A DNA stretch of 64,000 bases from Trichosphaerium sp. ATCC 40318 (lineage: Eukaryota > Protista > Tubulinea): assembly GCA_038496445.1 (NCBI GenBank), contig JALMLS010000064.1:1-64000 (forward strand). Direction: 5' to 3'. Shown piece by piece: positions 39,725-53,093 of this stretch. The notes beneath the pieces were generated by a model. That model saw only the letters and a list, made by a program, of their open reading frames with translations, was not told where the DNA came from and searched no databases. Within the stretch, counting starts at the first letter, position 1; every line of letters begins with the position of its first letter. Position numbers and translations under genes: made by a program.

Positions 39725-39872
39725 TGCACAAAACTAACGAACCTTCGGCGTCAACATTAAGTGAGGTATTCGCATACCTTTAAGGCACTTTCTAAATCAC
39801 CAAAGCCACTACTTTGCGCCTCTACAATGAAACGATAGTAATATAAGACCGAAATTCTTTCTATTAAACAAT

Positions 39873-42304
39873 ATGTTTCGTTATGTATCCATACGATCTC
39901 TATCACGTAGCAATCGCTCACGGAACAATAATCTAAACGGTACCGTTCATTTTGTATTAAAATGTGTTTACATAGCTTGAATTACCCCATAAACGTTATT
40001 TAATACCTCCAAAGGGGTTAACTACACTAAAAAAAGATCACACCGTGTCACCTTGCGCAAATACACAACAAACGACGATCAGTATTCAGAACACCAACGC
40101 GTGCGCTCTCTACTTTAATATTGTAACATCCCAGCTCAATACATGCAGGCCCACCTTAGGTACATTAAGAAAATTGAGAGAGACCTGTCAATCACAAAAC
40201 TACACCACTGGTATGGATACAAGACGTCTGACATACGCAATAAAGAACTCGCAAACAAGTAAATTACAACACAAAATGAGTAATACCCTCACTAACGCAA
40301 TTCAGGTATGGTGGCTTGTCTGGTGTTTTAACTGCAGTGTATCCCGATCACCCTTTAGACGTATGGAGATTCGAGTACGTTTTTTTTTTTTGACACGTTT
40401 TTTACGAGTTTGTTTTTATTTTTGTTGTAACGTTTTATTTTTAGTGATGATTTTGTTGAACAGTATTACAAGGAGCATAAAAATGGCTATGCTTTTCTGA
40501 CTGATATGGAAGAATTGCTAGGTATACAGTATTTTCAAATGGAAGACTGGTACAAATATACAATTGAGGACGTTGAGAAATTTGGACCAGGAGCTAAAAG
40601 AGCATTGAAAGCGTACTAACAAAAAAAAAAAAATTGTCACGTTTTTTTGAGCTTACACCTGTTGGTTAGTATGGGCTCTTCAATTTTTGAGATTCTGATA
40701 AAGTATAAGAAAGATAATGACAATAAACTTGCATATGACTGGAAGGAATGGAAATGGCACCTAGAGTACGTCAACACTGCTTTTGTTGAAGCCAACTTTT
40801 TTTTGTAAACAACGAATCTCAAAAACTGATGATTTTGTTACACAGAAATAAAAAGTGGTGGACAGCTAAAAATAAACGTAAAGTCATTGACGAGTATTGG
40901 AAAGACCATATGAAGTCATCAAATAAAAAAGAAGATTGGTACAAAATCAGGAAACAACATTTGATTAAATACTCAAGTCCATTACTATTCAATACCACGT
41001 GCGTAACTATCATACAAAACATCCAATTAAAAACGCCTTGTTAGGACAAAAACAGTAGGTAAGTTATTGATACAACTCTACCCAGAGAAGAACTTGGATG
41101 TTACTTGCTTCGAGTACGCTATAAACAAATCCCTTGTTGATTTTTTTTGCTAAGTTTCTTTTTCTTCGAAAAATAGGGATTTTGGAGTACCTACCAATAT
41201 CAAACATATTGTTGTTGATGCCGCTCAATTGCTAAGTACCTTTTGTACTCTACAACGCATTCCTGTAAATATATGTGAGCTGATGACACTCAAAATGATA
41301 AAGCAGTATGTACAACTGGCAAATAAGCAAGACTATTCTTTTGCAAAGGTTACAATAATAATACCAGAGGACAAAGAATGGCGTACTTACAGGTATGTGA
41401 AAGAAACTTTAGTACCCTTTGTATATTGTTTTACGTAAATCAGAGCGTACAAGACAAAACACCAACGCAGAAACAGTTGTAAACAAAAAGTTCTGGAAAT
41501 TTAAAAAAAAAATGTTAACTGTTCTGTTAGATACTTAAATATACCTGGTGTTGAGTTTCATATCATTGGTTCTAATCATATGGATATATCAGAGTACATT
41601 AAAAATAATTCATACTCGAAAATGTTACTCGTAGAAAAGTACGAAATAGACAACTCAACTTTATATTTTTTTTGACTAATCATCTTGGTTCCAAAAGTGA
41701 GATTAAAACAGACACAGACCAAGAAAAAAAGCATAAATCTATGGCTACGGATACATTTGTTAGAATTATGACAGAACAAACAGATGATAACAATAAAGGA
41801 GCAAAAGAAAAAGAAGAAGAAGACGGAGAAGAAAAAGAAGAAGAAGAAAAAGTAGTAAATATGAACTGCAAAGTATTCAAATTCTTTGCTGCTGCATTCT
41901 GTGATGTTTTATCAACAACATATGCTTTATTCCCAGATATGGCTTCACACTTTAAGAAGATATTTAAAATAGAACAACAGACTGATACACCAGAAAAACT
42001 AAGAAAAGCGTTGACTAATCATATTAGGCTTTATTTCTTTCTTGAAGATAGATTCCTTCCTTATCATGTACACACTTTACGTCAAGCTGATTCAGAGCAG
42101 AGACAGCATATACAGTTGTATTTGGAATATGCTGGTACAAGTACCATACTAGAACTCAAAGAACACCTTGAGAGAGCAGCAGGTCTTCTTCAAAGCAAAA
42201 TGCCTAATCCTGTTCAGAAAAATCAAGAAAATGATCGGCTCAATAGCATCAAACAACAACATGCAAAAAGCAAGCAAGAAAGATGGATATCTCCATCGTA
42301 TTAA
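39873..42304 (+). CDS. putative mitochondrion-targeted helical-repeat protein (DWY...YP..W.F repeats) with degenerate NYN/PIN-like domain
   Basis: Acid-free, R/S-rich N-terminus MFRYVSIRSLSRSNRSRNNNLNG; three repeats (LHHWY..YGGLSGVLTAVYPDHPLDVWRF; MEDWY..WKEWKW; KEDWY..LYPEKNLDVTCF); then HIVVDAAQLL..VTIIIP..GVEFHII. Confidence 0.6.
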
Positions 42305-42553
42305 TTGGTTTGAACAATAATAAAAAAAAAGTGTACAACAAAATAAAAATGATAACAAAGTTAAGCAAAAAAAAGCTTGGTTCTTCATCAGTTTTTCTAT
42401 TGAGTACTATCTTCTATAACATGCCTTAACCCTAGCAGACTTAGACACATTCCTTATTTTAACGGGAGGCGTGCCAAGAACGCAACAGCTGTATGACCTA
42501 AGTTGTTATTCGCCAATGTACTAATTGTTCTCGAGCTACAGCTACTACCAAAA

Positions 42554-43135
42554 ATGTCTATGATTTTAAAAGAACCTCACGCGAAGCGCCCCTTTACATG
42601 CGCACGAAAAGAGTCTGTTTCCGTAGAAAAGAATGAATGCGAAAAGCGCAGGCACAATTCAATGAAACTTGTTATATTGCAAGCTGCTGATTTCTGTTCA
42701 GCGGGGGATGTCTGCTTCTGGAACTACCTCTTGAAATGCAACACGCTATTATGAACTGCGGAAAGGCTGCATTTATACCTTGGCCTCTATTGTGTTTTCA
42801 AACTGCTGTGACATCTCGGTTCAATAACAAGTTGGAAAAACACGGCCTCTTCAAATCTTACTTTAGAAAAAGTGGTTTCGAGATCAAAGCATGGATCTTG
42901 TATAAAAATGGACGATGGATATCGGAATTCAAACGATGGGGTGGAATGGATAGCAATCCCTCAGATGGAGAATACAAGTACTGGGACGGTGACACCAACT
43001 TACAAACACATTATTTTCAAACCGGAGAAAACCGACACAACTTGCTATCTAAAGAAAGCTAACCGCCAAATTGCGTTATCTCCAACCGAACAAACGCGTG
43101 GAGAGGAGAAAACAGAACTTTCGAGGTGTTGTTGA
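42554..43135 (+). pseudogene. second F-box-like + MORN-variant paralogue, degenerate
   Basis: With a GC-AG intron at 42652-42701 it reads EPHAKRP..LLELPLEMQHAI..W..TSRFNNKLEKHGLFK, which aligns with 33487-34171 (ILELPVELHLIL..W..TTRFDANLQKHGKWK). Frameshift near 43056 (KE / ANRQIAL versus KEWHANGQLAL). Confidence 0.55.
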
Positions 43136-43329
43136 CAGGATTTACAACAGTGCAACATTATCATAAATACAATCAATACACGTTTTTTTTGTTATTTGAA
43201 CTTAGTTAGTTATTTTATCCACAAGCCAACACTAAATAAATAGACAGCGGTTTTTTTTACAAGTTACAGACACTTTATTTTTTCCATTTTTTTTTTTGAA
43301 CTAAAGGTACAGTTTTTAATCATGTACAA

Positions 43330-46300
43330 TTAATGGAAGCCGTAAAAGTCTCCAGACGGAGCTGTCGACATGTGTGGTGGAACACCGCCAGGTGGCATTG
43401 TGTTAACAGCTGGGTTTGTCATCATACCAGGATGAACAACACCAGGAGGAGGATTAGTCATCATACCAGGGTGAACACCAGGTACCATCATGCCTGCGAA
43501 CCATAAAGTCAGAAAAAGAATGACACAAGAAAAAGAACTTGTTTTATAACGTACCAGGTCCAGGGGCAGAGTTGTAGATTGCTGGGCCACCGGCAACGTT
43601 AGCAGGTCCTGCGTTTGGAGCACCTTCCTCAGCAGCAACTGGAGGAGCAGTCTTCTTTTCAAGGTCATCAAGACGTGTCGAGTAATTGCGGAATATCTGT
43701 ATCATAAATGGGAAGATGTACTCAGTCATCTTGTAACGCCAAGCAAGCTCAAGGACGACATCTGGACGAATAAAGTCGAAGCAAGTGTACAAACTGGCCG
43801 CAAAGGCGTGAGGGTTGTTGTTCTCGCAGAAAAATCTGAGCAAGTTTTCTACCACTTCAGGATTGCCTGAGGTAGCAGCGGCCTTGATAGCATCATCGTA
43901 CAAAGAGTCATCCTTGGACAATTCCACGGCTTGGTCCCATCGTCCGTTTTTCTACACAAGCATAGGTAAGCACTGTGAACCAAAAAACGAGGGCGAATAA
44001 AACAAGAATAAAATAGTTTTGTTGCGCATAAGATCTCATAATCTGTATACTGTCATTTTTGACCAGATCCGTCAAACAGGACTTCACTGGTCTCCAGAGT
44101 TGGTCATTTGTCATCATTTGCGATGAAAAAACGGAAATGCAAGGAAAGAATAAAAAGAGATCATTTACCTGGTAAAGCAATGAAGCAATACGTCTGAATT
44201 CAACCAATTCGTGTTTCTCGAGTTTACGGGCAAGGCCAAGAGCGTCAAAAGCGTCAAATTCTTCAATAGCGGTCTTGAGGTCTTCAAAATTTTCTTCTTC
44301 AATCCACAACTCCATCAATGCCTCGTTAACAGGCTTGGTGTTTTTCTAGCAAAAGGGGTCAACATAACTTGGCAAAAAAAGATTCGTGATATTCGTACCT
44401 CTTGAACAGATTTGAGGTAAGCTTTGATCAAAGGCAAGTGAGAAAGGCGGCGAGCGACATTCACAACTCTAGCAGAGTCTACACGTCCCTTGAGCGTCAA
44501 TAAGAGTTCAGAAACAAGTCCTGGGTGCTCTCTAAACATTAAACGTTAGAAACTAATTCATTGTTTCAAAAACAGTGATTTGTAAACGTACTTGATGTAA
44601 AAGTCGATTGCGCGGTACAATAATTCGTTGTTTTTGACTTGTTGTACGCTCTCACGGAACTCTGTTGGTGTCCAGGCATCTACAGAGTGTGCAATCATGA
44701 CGCGAATAGCGCGATCGAACTCCTTATCAGCGGTGTACAAGTAAGCCAACTCGCTCCATTGCAAGTTCTTTTCGCAGACCAAGCACACTTTACCAATACT
44801 GATACGGCCGTGGTAGCGTTTCAAGTGATCTAAGAGTCGCTCTGGTTTATACTGAGAGTACAATACGGCAAGGGCAGTGAAAATTCCTTTGTGTGCGTTT
44901 GTGAGGTTAACACCATCTTCCATGACCTTCAACAATTGATCAAAGAAACCGCGGTGTTCGTAGTAACTAAACGAGAAGAAAGTAAGCAAACAGCATAATG
45001 GATGGTTAAGTGTAGAGATAAAACGTACCGAATGAGTTCTTGAAGCTCGTCACCGTGGACAATAATGTGCAAAGCACATACACCAGCCAAACGGAATTCT
45101 TCGCCGTCAACACAAGCTTTGTTGACTTCTTTCCATGATACGATATTGTTGGCTTTGCGTGCAGCATCAACAGCCTGTTGGTAGTCTCCAAGTTTTACCA
45201 AGGTAGCAGCCATACGGCCAAAGTTGTTAATGTTGTTGTAGAGCTTTTTGGCGGCTTCATACATGCCGTCGTTGAAACATACGTCACCAACTTTTTGGAT
45301 CTAAAGAATACAATGTTAACAACCAACTGAATAAAATTCCATAAAAAGTTTGTTTCGTACTTGAGCACAATTTGGACCTGTGATGAACTCTTCCATATCA
45401 GCTAGTTGATCAGTCTTTGCGTATGCGAAGACAAGTTCAGACTCAATACGTGGCTCGCGGACTTTAGTACGGCACATTTTGAGGAAAGGAATCAATTCCT
45501 TGTAAAGGTCTTGTTCTTTGGCCTTTTGTACTACTTCCTGGTAGAACTCGTGATCTTCAGAGCGACGGAAAGCATCTGTACAAATACGTTAGCCTTGCCA
45601 TACCATATCACCAAAAGTGATGTCCGTACCGATAGCTTCAGCAACCTTTCCTTGGTCGAGTTGAGCCTTGGCGAGCTTACTCCATACGTCATTCTCACCA
45701 ATCTCCTCGGCGAATTCAATAGCGCGGTCGAGGTCGTTCAAGTGTTCAACAAGAACTTGAATAGCAGAAGTGTTGTGCTTGTTGTTCTTGTAGATGGTGA
45801 ATCCCTCCTCGTAAAACTCAGCACCAATAGCAATATTAGCAATATCAGGTGCATCGTAGTTATCCAAACGGTTAATGTATTGCATTACGCGATCACGTTT
45901 GTTGGCCTAAAAAAAAGGAAGAAGTAAGTTTCAACTTGTCTTTAAAAATTTGGGAAGCATGTTTAAAGATGAAGAGACATACCTTGATAGCTGTCAAAAT
46001 GAGCAAGTTTTGCAAGTTACGGTTGTTGCTGAATTGGGAGTTATCCAAAACAATCTTTTCCAAGAGTTCGATCAACTCATTTGGAAGCTTGGCAACCATA
46101 AAAGCTTTGACAGTTGTTGATACTTGTTCTGGGTTATCTGACTCAGGGAGAGCGGTTTGTACGACTTGGTTGACAACATGTTCTCTGTTCTCGTTGTCCT
46201 CTTTCAATACGAAAGCCCACAATTCGGCATCTTGACGCTCAACCAAATATCTTGCTTGGTTCTTGAATGAAGCAAACTTGTTTGTAACTTCAACAAGCTC

Positions 46301-49300
46301 GTAATCGCATAGACCACGTTTGTAAGCAACGAAAGCCAAGTGAGGGTCACGGTTTTCACAATATTTACCGACAACCTTGCTATCATAGAACTAAAACAAA
46401 CAGTAAGAAATACACCAAAAGTAGTTGCCAGAAGAAAAAAAAAAGCAAAAAGAAAGTTGTGCAGTGAGCATACCTGATTCTCTGTCAAGAACTTCTCTGG
46501 GTTGTTGTGTTGATCGATGTAAATCTTGGCGATAGCGTTGTGAAGGGATGGTTCTCTGCTACCTTCAGCAAAGCGTGCTTCGAGCCATGGTTGAAGAATC
46601 TTGAGACGGTTTCTCTTCTCAACAGCTTCAACGAGTTTATCGACTGGGCACAAGTTGCCAACAGCGTCAATAAGTGTTTTGATGTACTCTTCGCTGCAAT
46701 CAACGTCAATCAAGGCACCAACAACAAGAGGTGTATTAACAGGATTGATGCTCTTGACGTAGGCTTCGATGTATTTCTCCATACCGCCATCGTACAAGTA
46801 TCGTGTCAAGTCTTCAACAAAGTTATACTTGTCACAGACAATGACAAGAGGAAGTTGATTTGTAAGGCGAGCTTCCTAAAAGACTACGGTAAGTACATCT
46901 TGTCTATAAAACAGTACAAAATAAGCAAGCAAGGCAGTACCTTTAGGAAATCCTTTACGCGCTCAGGATCGTAGTGTGTGCTCTCGCGAACAATACGCTC
47001 GATTTCCTTGTCTTGAGGAGGTGTAAAGCGAGCGGCAGCTTGAATATACTAAAGAAGAGTGAGTAACTTTCTACATCCATTTCTTTGGAGGACATACCTT
47101 GAAGTGAACTTCTGGGTTCTCGGAAGTACTGACAATAGCTTGACAGAAGTAAAAAATGCCATCCCAGCTTTGGAACTCTTCGAAGAGCTTAATGAGACGC
47201 TCCTCTCCAATTTGTTCACAGTATTTAGCTGCGATTTTGACTACAGTTTGCAAGTTTTGTTGAGGGTTATTGCTCAACATCTCTCTCAAACAGTCGTAGC
47301 TGTCATCTGCAGATTGTGTAGTCAATTGACCAAAGAAGTTGATCAAAAACTATTCAAAAACAGCGTAAGTAACAAGCGCAAGCAATAAACACAAAAGAAA
47401 ACAAATCGGTTCGTACGTCAGTGCTGATTTGGGAAGCGTTTCTCAAGACACGTTTGACATCAGTCAATTCATCGTATTGTTCCAAGGCCTAAACATAAAA
47501 AGGTCAACTCAAAGGGCATGGTTTTTAATCAAGAGGTTTGAGCTAAAACGTACACGTTGGTGTAAGCCTACTTGCTCGCAAAGAGCGGCGATGGCCTTGT
47601 TGTCAAAGTGGGTGAACATCTCGTTACCCAAAATAGCATCAGCAACAGCAACACCTTGAGGGCGATGGTTCAAGTTGATTGTCAACAATTTTGTTTGTAA
47701 AGCGCCTTCTTCTGGCTTGTTCTTGCTCAAGATATCAAGGAGGAAAGATGTGCACTCTTGAATCATGCCACGGCTCATAAAAGCATCAGCGACAACATCA
47801 GGATCTACCAAAGCACCACCCTGTACAAAAATAGTGAGATCAAAAGCAAAAAACCGTAGAAAACCCAAGCAGTTAATCGTGCGTTAGACACCGCATACGT
47901 ACCTCAGCAGTGCACACCATCTTGGCAAAGTTTACGGAAGCTTGTGGGTTGCTGCTAATAACAGCTTGCAACAATTGCATCCAGTTTGGTGTGTAGTTTT
48001 TGGACTGGGCGTAAACGACGAGTTTAGGGAACTGTCCAGTCTCAGCGAAGATCTGTACGACTTTTTCTTTTGCGTCAGCGCGGTAGTAAATAGATAGAGC
48101 CATGCGAATATCAACAGCACGAGCAATATCACCCAACTCTTCGCTGCATTCCAACTAAAACGGGTCGTTCAGTAAACCATCAAATGGGTAATAAAACTTC
48201 AAAAAAAACAAAGCGAGATTATTTACCTTATCTTCTTTGAGCCATTTTTCTAAGAGATCTTTGCGGCCTTGTTGTAAAACAGGTCTGGCGAGTTCAAGAG
48301 ACTCAATCTTGTTCAATTTACCATGCTCCAAAAGAGTACCAAAGTATTGTAACAATGGAGATGGTTTACCGTGTTCAGCAGGAATAGATTGGAAAGTTTT
48401 GATTGTGTTCATGTTACGAATCAAGTTCTGCAAGAAAAACGATGTAAGTACAAAAGGCAGTAAGGGAAAATAGCGTTATTATTATACGTACACCAGGCGA
48501 TTTTGCAGCTACTCTAGCAGCGCCAGGCCAATCTCTGGATTGCAATCTTTGTTGGAATTCTTGCTTGAACAAGTTGTCGGCACCAGGCAAGTTAGCTCTA
48601 GCAGCGATTGAACGAGCCAATGTAGTGTCATTCAAAGTGGACAAAATGTATCGAATAATATTGTTTTCATCAAGAGATACAGACAAAACCTAAGCAACAT
48701 TCGTTAATACCCGACACGAAATGTAATTACTTGAAAGCTTTGTTTTTCAAAAAAAAGCGAAATAATTGTTTTCGCATCAAAAAATAGCACGTACTTGTCC
48801 AGTGCGGCTAACACCCATAACACCGTTATTTTTAGTGTCGGGTACAGTGACGAATATTGTTTGTTCGCTGATACGACGCATGTAAATCAAAGAACCGTGC
48901 TCAACGTCAAAAATGTGTAGGAAACCGAATTTGGTAATCATGTATACGACACCATACTTCTCAGACACTTGCATGGACACTGGAAAATCGTCCGGAGAAT
49001 CCTGAGGGAACAATATATTTTGCGCCTTCTTTTGGTATACAGGCGTTCCAGAACCAACCTCTGTGATAAACAACTATACATTTTGGAGTGAGTACCCAAG
49101 TTTTTAAGAAGGAAAAAAAACATATTTTTCGGGACGTTCGAGTTGTAAGAAACAGAAATTCCAAACGTTTTCAAGTAAATCAACGCTAAAATTCGTACCT
49201 TTGATTGCGCTGGGCTTCTAGATGCAAAACAAAACAAGCTAATAGAGTTACCAGCAACGTTAAAGCGAGTGAACGAAGCGGCGTGTCCACCTTCGAGCAA

Positions 49301-50205
49301 TTGACTAAATCCACGCTCAGCTGAAAACAACTGAATGTTACCGGCAATTCTTCCTTCCTACATTAAGATGTTAGGGAACTGTATTGCCATTTTTCTCCGT
49401 GTGGTTTTTTTTTTTTCTTCCAACTTACTTTTTGTGTAATACCAACCAAACAAGTCCATTTTTTATCGTGACTAGCGTGGTAATTTATAATTTGATGGTC
49501 TGCAAGTTGAGGCAAGCGCTCAAATACCTTGACAGGTGGGGACGATTCATCTAGGCGCACTTTAGCAATACGAAACGGTGATTGAAAGGAATTTTTTGCG
49601 ACGTGGTTCGCTTGTAACGGTTATGACATACCCAAAGTCCAGTGGTAAACGTTCTTGGTCGTAACTAAAGCCACGCAAGTTTCGTCAACCCACTTCCAAA
49701 ATACAACTTGTTCCGTCATCTGTTGGCCCTTTACCTTTTTACGTTCTTTCAAATTGAAGATTTGTAGTGTTTGGCCCGCTACATAAACGATCAGTCAATG
49801 ATCGCTGAGCGACAGCAAAAAAACAAATAATTTGCAATGGAAAGGTAGTCGCCAGGTTCTCTAATGTGGCAAAAGCGACTCCAAGAAATTTGGGAGTGTT
49901 AAAAGCGCTAAGAACCTTTCAAAGCCAAGATGTGTTGTGAAGGGTGCATAATGGCAGAATCAGCTTTGATTGGGTGTTTTGTAGGTGTGGCAGGATTCTC
50001 CATGTCTACAATAACAACGGTAGCCGTTTGGCCCGCCTGTTCCCTGATGCAGATGAAGCGGTCAGACTGAACAGTGAGCGTTGCGAACGCAATTGAAGCA
50101 GGCTGAATGCCCACTGACGTGAGCTATTTTTTTTAGTTAGCTAACGCAAGCAACTACAGTGCGTACGTCAAGTAACTGCTGGAAACGAATTGGCAATTGG
50201 GCCAT
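43330..50205 (-). CDS. CLTC: clathrin heavy chain
   Basis: [94 protein letters not shown]; Pro/Met/Gly-rich tail; about 20 introns. Confidence 0.98.
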
Positions 50206-50826
50206 ATTTAATCCACCAGTGTTAACGTCCTGAGCTATTTATGTGGAGCCTGAAGTTAAGTTTAAAAAAAATCTTCGTGGATTGGACTCTTGTTGACCCA
50301 TGATTCCCACTGAGTTTGATTCTGTTGGTCACAACAGTGCGTTTAAGGTAAAGAAACAACTTTCAATCTGTCAGCTACCGATTTTGACATTTTGCAACGT
50401 TGCAATGTAGTTAACACTACATTTAATTGTATTGTTTGCGAAGGGTATCGTTTGGAGCTCAAAAAGTTGGGGTGTTAAGCGGTACGCCGATAAGTCTGAT
50501 TACTTCATTTATCAGCATTTCTCAAGCCTCACAGAGCTTGTGAATATAGGATTTGATGTGCAAGAGCCAGTTATGCAGCTTGGAACTTCATACAACGCCA
50601 TGAAAACGTAAATGGTACGCATCTTTGCAAAAGCAGGAAATTTTGACAAACGCGCTTTTCCTTTATGATGTATAAACTCTGTGCCATTTTTGACAAAATG
50701 TGACAAACCAAACACTTGCTGAGGATAAAAAAAAAGAAGAAAACTTTTTGTTTTTTCTGCAGAATGAACAAAATTATTTACTTGAAACTAGGCTTTCCGG
50801 CGTTCTGTGATTCTCAAAACAGTCAA

Positions 50827-51667
50827 ATGGGTTGTGTTGCTGACAAAGATGAAGCCGAAGGCGAAATAGTCATCCCTCCAGCTGTACCTACGCCCATTGG
50901 CGGAGACGGCGCTGGTGATACTAAGTTATCTGTCGATAACGGTCTAGACTCACCTGACTTTGTCTACAAAGGTACGTTGTTTGATTGTAAGTTGTACCTT
51001 TGCAAATAAAGTAAATAATCTTCGTGTTCCTTCCGTTGTACTTGCCATGTAAATTGAATACCTTCTGAGTCTAATGAATAGTTGTACTGCTTGGGGACGC
51101 AAATGTTGGTAAAACCAACATCCTAGCGCGTTGGACCGCCGGCGAGTTTAATTTGGAGACCAAACCAACGATTGGTGTCGGTTTCGGTGTAAGAAAGATC
51201 CACGTGGGCGACAAATCAATAGTCGTACAATGCTGGGACACTGTACGTCCTTATTTGCGGCTATAGCACTCATTGTAGCGTAGGCGGGACAAGAGCGCTA
51301 TAGATCGATAATTCAGGCGTATTACAGAGGTGCATACGGTGCGCTTCTAGTTTACGATATCACAGATTCAAAGTCATTTGAAAAGTGCAACTCGTGGCTC
51401 ACTGAGCTCAAAACACAATGCATGAATGATATCTACGTTGTACTCGTTGGTAATAAGGTATGGCGACTACTTGCAATAAAATAGTAACTTTGTGTCAAGA
51501 ACGATCTGCAACACCTACGAGAAGTACCTACGAGTAGAGCACAGCAGTTCGCAGAGAAGCAAGGATTGGATTTTCTGGAAACGTCAGCCCTTGAAGGTGT
51601 TGGTATCGAAGAGGTGTTTGACAAAGTAATAGCTGGTGTAGCTTCCCGGTTTGCTGACGTAAAATAA
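50827..51667 (+). CDS. Rab11-like GTPase with N-terminal MGC extension and no C-terminal Cys
   Basis: 4 exons: [69 protein letters not shown]; ends SRFADVK-TAA, with AATAAA overlapping the stop. Confidence 0.92.
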
Positions 51668-51876
51668 ACGTGTTCTAGTCACTTTCGTTCCTTCTAGAGA
51701 TTTTGAATTGTCTTTTTTACTTCAATCCTTCCAGTATCTAACGCTTGTATGCGACAGTACTAGCTCTGAAGGAGCCTAAAGTGAAACGCCAAACTTTTGT
51801 GGAAAAAAATCTCAGCTGAGAAAACAAACTATTTCATTAATTCGTATCTCTATACCTTCTTGAAGTCTCCCTACGC

Positions 51877-52907
51877 ATGAGGTACATTTCAGAGGAACCT
51901 GCACGCTAACAGTGTTGTTTGCAGCTATCAACAATTGGACTCTAATGTTTTTACGTTTGGAGACGTAAAAGTGTCTCTCGAGTACATAAAAGGTGCGCTC
52001 GCACATTATCATTTTAGTGTTAATCGCAGCTACAGAGTTAGCACCGATAGACGCCGTATCGTTTATCGATGGCGATGACGTAACCGGATTGAAGCTTTGG
52101 CATGGCGTAAGCGTTTTATTGAAGAGCCGTGTTCACTATATTGTAGGCTGAATATCTCGCTTCGTACATGCTGAAGAACACTAAAAGATTCGCAAATAAG
52201 AGAGTTTTAGACTTGGGTACGTTGCTGAACAGCAACCCCTTCTATCCTTACCTGTCTGACATGACTCCTAGGTTGCGGGATTGGCCTTACAGGTGCGTCT
52301 TAAAAGCAATTGTGGCTTCATTTGACGTGTCAATCTAAAGGAATTGTCGCTTCGCATGTTTGCGATCAGGTCGTTCTTACAGATGCATCTGAGGAATGTC
52401 TTGAGATATGTCGGCGTAACGTAACCGCTAATGTATCAGAGAAAGAACAAGAGAGTACGCATAGCTTATAACAAAGACCAAAGTTGGTCTTGTGTTAAAA
52501 AAGTGTGTAACACACTATTATCAGAAAAGATCATCGTAGAGACTCTGTTTTGGGGTAGAGGCTTAGCGCCTTTCAGGGCTACACATGGTTTGTTTGACAT
52601 TATTATAAGCGCTGATACTATATATCTTTGCGAAAGTGTCTTGCCATTGTTGGCTACCGCCAAAATAATGTTACGACCAGAAGGTGAATTTATTCTATCC
52701 TACGTTATACGAGCTGAATCTTTAGAAGAGGTGATTGTACAGGTACTTTACAATTCTTACTACACGAAATTTCTAGTCTTGATGTTAGTCTGAAAACGTT
52801 GTTAGGGCGTTAAAGATCTGGGAATGAAGATAAGACTAAAGAAAACCGTGATTGGTAGAGATGACGCTGAGGTTGAGTTTGTAACAATAACACACAACAA
52901 TGGATAA
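51877..52907 (+). CDS. Methyltransf_16 (METTL21/23-like) protein lysine methyltransferase
   Basis: TGLKLWHGAEYLA, VLDLGCGIGLTGIVA, VVLTD, LFWG, FDIIISADTIY. Confidence 0.9.
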
Positions 52908-53093
52908 ATTCAAAATAAAAAAAAATAGCACATTTATGTCGCCATAAAATATCACGTGATACACGTGAAGCAGCCGTTAAAAAATGCATTCCACTTTTTT
53001 TTTTTGGCCGTTCCTGTTTTTTTTCCATTTCATTTTGTTCCGTTTCTGTGAACTTTTTATATTGTTGTATGTAAACAATACAACTCAAGCGTC

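Noticed and set aside
39824-39950. Extended P2X 5' exons overlapping the neighbouring gene via the palindromic donor AACGGTACCGTT
   Set aside because: The ATG at 39724 already gives a normal-length P2X N-terminus. The palindrome is sufficiently explained as the + strand gene's donor.
43330-43495. Repeated HPGMMTNP in the clathrin tail as a novel domain
   Set aside because: Pro/Gly/Met-rich variable tails are usual for clathrin heavy chains.
45406-47659. Long + strand ORFs over clathrin, and similar ORFs opposite the MORN, antiporter, PH and PEX14 exons
   Set aside because: Antisense shadows of real minus- or plus-strand exons, with no motifs of their own.
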